Source: Octopus vulgaris (Eukaryota). From it: a DNA stretch of 64,000 nt. Of this stretch, positions 59,495 through 64,000 are shown one piece after another. The stretch is from contig OX597828.1 of the NCBI GenBank assembly GCA_951406725.2, forward strand, positions 43,896,001 through 43,960,000, given 5' to 3'. The notes under the pieces are model-generated. The model was given only the letters and a program-made list of their open reading frames with translations. It did not search any database and had not been told where the DNA came from. Positions within the stretch are counted from its first letter, which is position 1. Each line of letters opens with the position of its first letter. The translations under genes and the position numbers were made by a program.

Positions 59495-59917
59495 GTTTGT
59501 GTCTCGGTGTTTGTCCCCTCACCATCGCTTGACATCCGACGTTGGTGTGTTTATGTTCCCGTCGTAATCTAGCGGTTCGGAAAAATAAACCGATGAAATA
59601 AGTACTAGCCTTACAAACGAACAAGTCCTGGAATGATTTGTTCGACTAAATGCAGTGTTTCCAACATGGCCGATGTCAAGTCACAAAAACAAATAAAAGA
59701 ATAAAAGAATATATAGAGAGACGCAGGAGTTGTTGTGTGGTAAGATGTCCGCTTGCTAACCACATGGTTGCGAGTTCAGTCCTGCTGCGTGGAACCTTGG
59801 GTAAGTGTCTTCAACTATAACCTCGGGCCGATCAGAGACTTGAGAGTGGGTTTGGCAGACGGAAAGTGAAATAAGCCCGTCGTATATATATGTTTATGTG
59901 TGTGTCCCCGCGCACAC

Positions 59918-59963
<46 letters not shown>

Positions 59964-60190
59964 GTGCTTGTGTTTGTGTCTGTGTTAGTCCCCACATCAG
60001 CGCTTGACAACTGGTGTTGGTATGTTTATGTCCCTGTAAATTAGCAGCTCGGGAAAAGAGGCCGATAGAATAAGTATCAGGTTAAAAAAGATAAAGCCTA
60101 AGTATGGTGGTCGATTTATTCGACTAAAAATTCAAGGCATTCTCCCAGCACGGCTACAGTGTAATGACTGAAACAAGTACAACATAAAAT
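59495..60190 (+). mobile_element. SINE family A tail (59495-59710) followed by a full diverged copy (59719-60190)
   Basis: gcttgaca...ggtgt, gcaggagttgttgtgtggtaag, gagttcagtcc, ccttgggtaagtgtcttc, tgactgaaacaagta. Confidence 0.85.
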
Positions 60191-60191
60191 A

Positions 60192-60280
<89 letters not shown>

Positions 60281-61086
60281 GTATGTATGTATATATATGT
60301 ATACACATACACACACGTATGTATATGCATATACCATATTATAATTACAAAAATAAAATTGTATTCAAACAAATCCCCTCATTCCAAACCAAATCCCCTA
60401 AGTTTTCTGTAATTATGTGCTTAAATCTCACATATTCGGTATTTATAATACCAAAGCATTTTCTCTTAGACTTACTTTGGTCGATCGAAACTAACAAAGA
60501 TCAAACTTTCTCTTACTTATTTGCTCTCTCTTCAATAAACGTATGTTTTTTTGTTCCGGTAGCAGGATGAGGATCTTGTTTAGGAGACAAAAATATTTTA
60601 AATACTTTTATCTACGCAGATCTCGTAGCATTTAAAAAAAAAATTACAGCCTTCTGAGCTATAACAATGAATTCGTGAATTTTTAGTAGGTATTTTAGTA
60701 AGTTCAACTTTTATGATTTATTGTGAAATTTAAAAGACGGCTTGGCTTAAAGAATGAAACCGCATGAAATTGTTGAAATGGTGAAATTATAAGCAGTCAA
60801 ACATGATCTCTCTTGATCATGCTTTCATTTTGATTTAGCAAATAGTCGCCATTGTTCGACGTTGTGGGATGTAACAGTTTATAGAATGGAGCACAAGTCT
60901 GAGAGATACAAACAATCCTAATACTGTTCATGTCACAAACCTAGCATATTCGAACTTCTGCTACAGGGATACTACACCTTTCTGATTCTTTATATTTCCA
61001 TAATTCTTTATATTTCCATTTTGATTGTCTTGCATTTAACACATCATTATAGTTAACCTTGGATATATACGTGTATGTAAGCACAG

Positions 61087-61132
<46 letters not shown>

Positions 61133-61556
61133 ATACACACACACATAATGTCTCAAAGTCCTTACGATCCGCTTGAAAATAATTACATAAAAATATAATA
61201 ATAAATGAAGCTGTATATGTATATCAGCGTTTAATAATGCTTTTGTTCCGTTTTTGTATAGTTGGTTTCAATTATAGTGAGAAATATTTCATATTTTGGT
61301 CAGCTTGTGTGTGCGTGTGTGTGTGTGTGTACTTATTGTGTATTTGCCTCATTATATTCTATTCACCACATTATCACTCTAGGTGCCTACTTGTTTATAC
61401 ATATATCAACATATATCTACATCTTTACGCATCTCTCCATTTGTCTCTCTCTCTCTCTCTCTTTCTGTTCCTGTCTTCGGCAGTATATATAATTATATAT
61501 ATATATATATATATAAAAAAGGAAATGAAGAAAATGCTGACAAATAATTGAAGTAA

Positions 61557-61646
<90 letters not shown>

Positions 61647-61649
<3 letters not shown>

Positions 61650-61965
61650 GGTCTTGCAGATAAATTGAGACCAATTTTAAGCAGTTTAGCATTTCATTTT
61701 TTGACAAAATTGTGCTTGTTCAAAAATCTAACACTCCTCTTTATTTTTCAGGTAAATAGCAAATTGATCCGACAACAGATAATGATGGAACAACACAATC
61801 GTTCATTCATTGTGTTTTTTTTTTATATTTTTGCGCTCGCTGGGCACACTGCCAATAAAATTAAGTTGACGAAACTTCCAAAACAACAGTCTATCATGTG
61901 TATAAACAATTTAAAGAATTTTACAATTTAAAAAAGAGGGTAAGATTGATAGAAAAAGACACAAG
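61647..61965 (+). mobile_element. Left end of a Tc1/mariner-type transposon with transposase N-terminal remnant
   Basis: (TA)n|cagggtcttgcag; broken frame MEQHNRSFIV..ALAGHTANKI KLTKLPK/TTVYHVYKQFK..KEGKIDRK, which is HTH-like. Confidence 0.55.
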
Positions 61966-62793
61966 ACTCGAAGTGATTCCAAATGCTATCCAAAGTTTTC
62001 CGCTGGACTCAAACTCTCTCAAGGTGAGATAGACAATTGGGTTAGCCTCGTGTATACGTGTGGATATATGTATGTATATGTATGTATATATATAAATATG
62101 TATTTGTATGGGTACGTATATCTATTAACATTTATGTACTATCTTGGTATATTCCTATTAACGACGGCAAAATATTTTATAATTAAACCAGAAATCGTCC
62201 GAGCTTGGGTTAAACACTAAAATTTTGCAAAAGTTTCATTGTTAATTCCTTCACTTTTCACCAGTGCTAAAGGTGGACACGCTGTGGTTTTAAAGTCATC
62301 TTGATGTCTATTTCTAGCATGTTGGTGCTATTCTTAGTGCCCTTAATTATAATTATATCTATATAATTATATATCTATATTAATTCTTAACTATACGGTT
62401 TTTATTTCATGTTGGTCACTGATATGATCGTTACTTTTATTTTGATGCTATCCTAATTCTGAATGTCTGTGTGTTTCTTAGGGCTATATTTGGCTTCACC
62501 AACCACACTTAGTGGAGGTGAACGCTATGTCACTGCTAATACAACTATTAATAGTAACATCTATACCTCCTCAAAGGCACTTTATCCATTCACCTTGCTG
62601 ATTCCTTAAGTTTGACTTCGAAACGGTAGTAAATAAGGATCCGACTGAAGCTGTACCGACAATGACACCAGGAGGTATATGTAACAGTGTGCAGTCCATG
62701 CAGTTGAAACTCGCCTAGGTACAGAAAACAATGTTGTGAATAATTGTTTAATGAAATTATAGATGTGGTAAATCTCCGTTCTCCTAATCATTA

Positions 62794-62873
<80 letters not shown>

Positions 62874-62891
62874 TATATACATATATATATA

Positions 62892-63055
62892 TTTGCTCGA
62901 AATAAGGAGTAGATAGACAGCCGACGACTGATGAAATGTTCTTTGTGCTACTAGTCCTGTTTTCCATTTGTTTTTCTCGTTGTTTGCGTATTGAACTCAT
63001 TTGTTTTCGTATTTCATGTTGTTTACTGTTGGTTACGTCATGTACCCATATATGC
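62892..63055 (+). mobile_element. (TA)n-embedded copy of the 56490-56645 repeat
   Basis: ttgctcgaaat..ggagtagata...ctgat(g/a)aa...ttttccatttgttt...ttcgtatttcatgttgttt. Confidence 0.8.
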
Positions 63056-63594
63056 ATATGTATATATATATATGTGTGTGTGTGTATGTGTGTATATATA
63101 TATGCATATATATATTATTTCTATTATATACATACATGCACACATAGTACTTATGTATATACATATATATACATATATATGTATGTGCGTTTGTGCGTGT
63201 GTGCGTGTGTGTGCATATATATTCATGCGTATACATACACATACAATGTTTACAGAGAGAGAGAGAGAGAGAGAGAGGAAACAACTAGGGAAAGAAAGAA
63301 AGTAAGAACATACTTTAAAAGAGATATAATATCAGTGGTAGTGCAACGAACTTAGAATGCATCTGTGATTTAATGTACACGCATGCATTATTTTAAGTCT
63401 GACGGAATTTTGTCGGATTAAACAATTACTCATTCTGAGACCAGCTTTAATCCTAACTCAACCAACAATATACATATTAAGTAGGAGATCACTTATTAAA
63501 TTTAATTTATTAGTAAACAGCTATGAACTTTGCCATTGCTGCGTAGAAAAATAATGGCAACAGGCAATGTCGGAATAACATGCGACATGAAATT

Positions 63595-63750
63595 GCTTGG
63601 CTGCGTGGTGAGAAGTTTGTTTCTCAACAACGTACCTCTGGAGTCTGTCCTATCACGTATTACCTTGGGCTACTGATGCGTAATGTAGTCTTTGGCAGGC
63701 CAAAGCGTTGAGATTGCAATTTGGTAGCGAAAAACTGAAAGAATATCACA
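63595..63750 (+). mobile_element. SINE family A head, highly diverged
   Basis: tggctgcgtggtgagaag...ccttgggc...aaactgaaagaa. Confidence 0.55.
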
Positions 63751-63941
63751 GTATATATATGTGTATATATATATATATATATATGTATACAAGATAAGAA
63801 AATGGAGAAATACATCTAAATCAAATATCAATTACCAGATAATACTCAATCACATACTTTATTAAACCACCACATAAGAGACTGTACGGTTAAACATAAA
63901 AAAGCAGAACAAAACAGTGTACATAAAGGAATGTATGTATG

Positions 63942-64000
<59 letters not shown>

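Overview
AT-rich, eukaryotic, essentially non-coding DNA (intron or intergenic), dominated by (TA)n, (TG)n, (TATG)n, (AGAT)n, (AAT)n, (GAT)n and (CAT)n microsatellites and interspersed repeats. The SINE families and microsatellite load resemble an octopus/cephalopod genome; this is an inference from memory, not a database result. Almost every ORF in the supplied track is a translated microsatellite, and no intact gene can be supported. Recognisable content: about 30 copies of three tRNA-derived SINE families; fossils of R4/Dong-like non-LTR retrotransposons, a DD37D (maT) transposase and Tc1-type elements; two non-autonomous Helitrons; a Helentron-type (HINE) element; and foldback elements. 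A few weak small-exon candidates lie on the + strand. The most interesting signal is a set of short, (TA)n-embedded elements. Several carry type-I hammerhead-ribozyme-like folds with non-canonical cores (CCGANGA, CUGUCGA), and several occur as inverted duplications or palindromes. This resembles Penelope-like element pseudo-LTRs or retrozymes. All family assignments were made by eye, and most boundaries are approximate.
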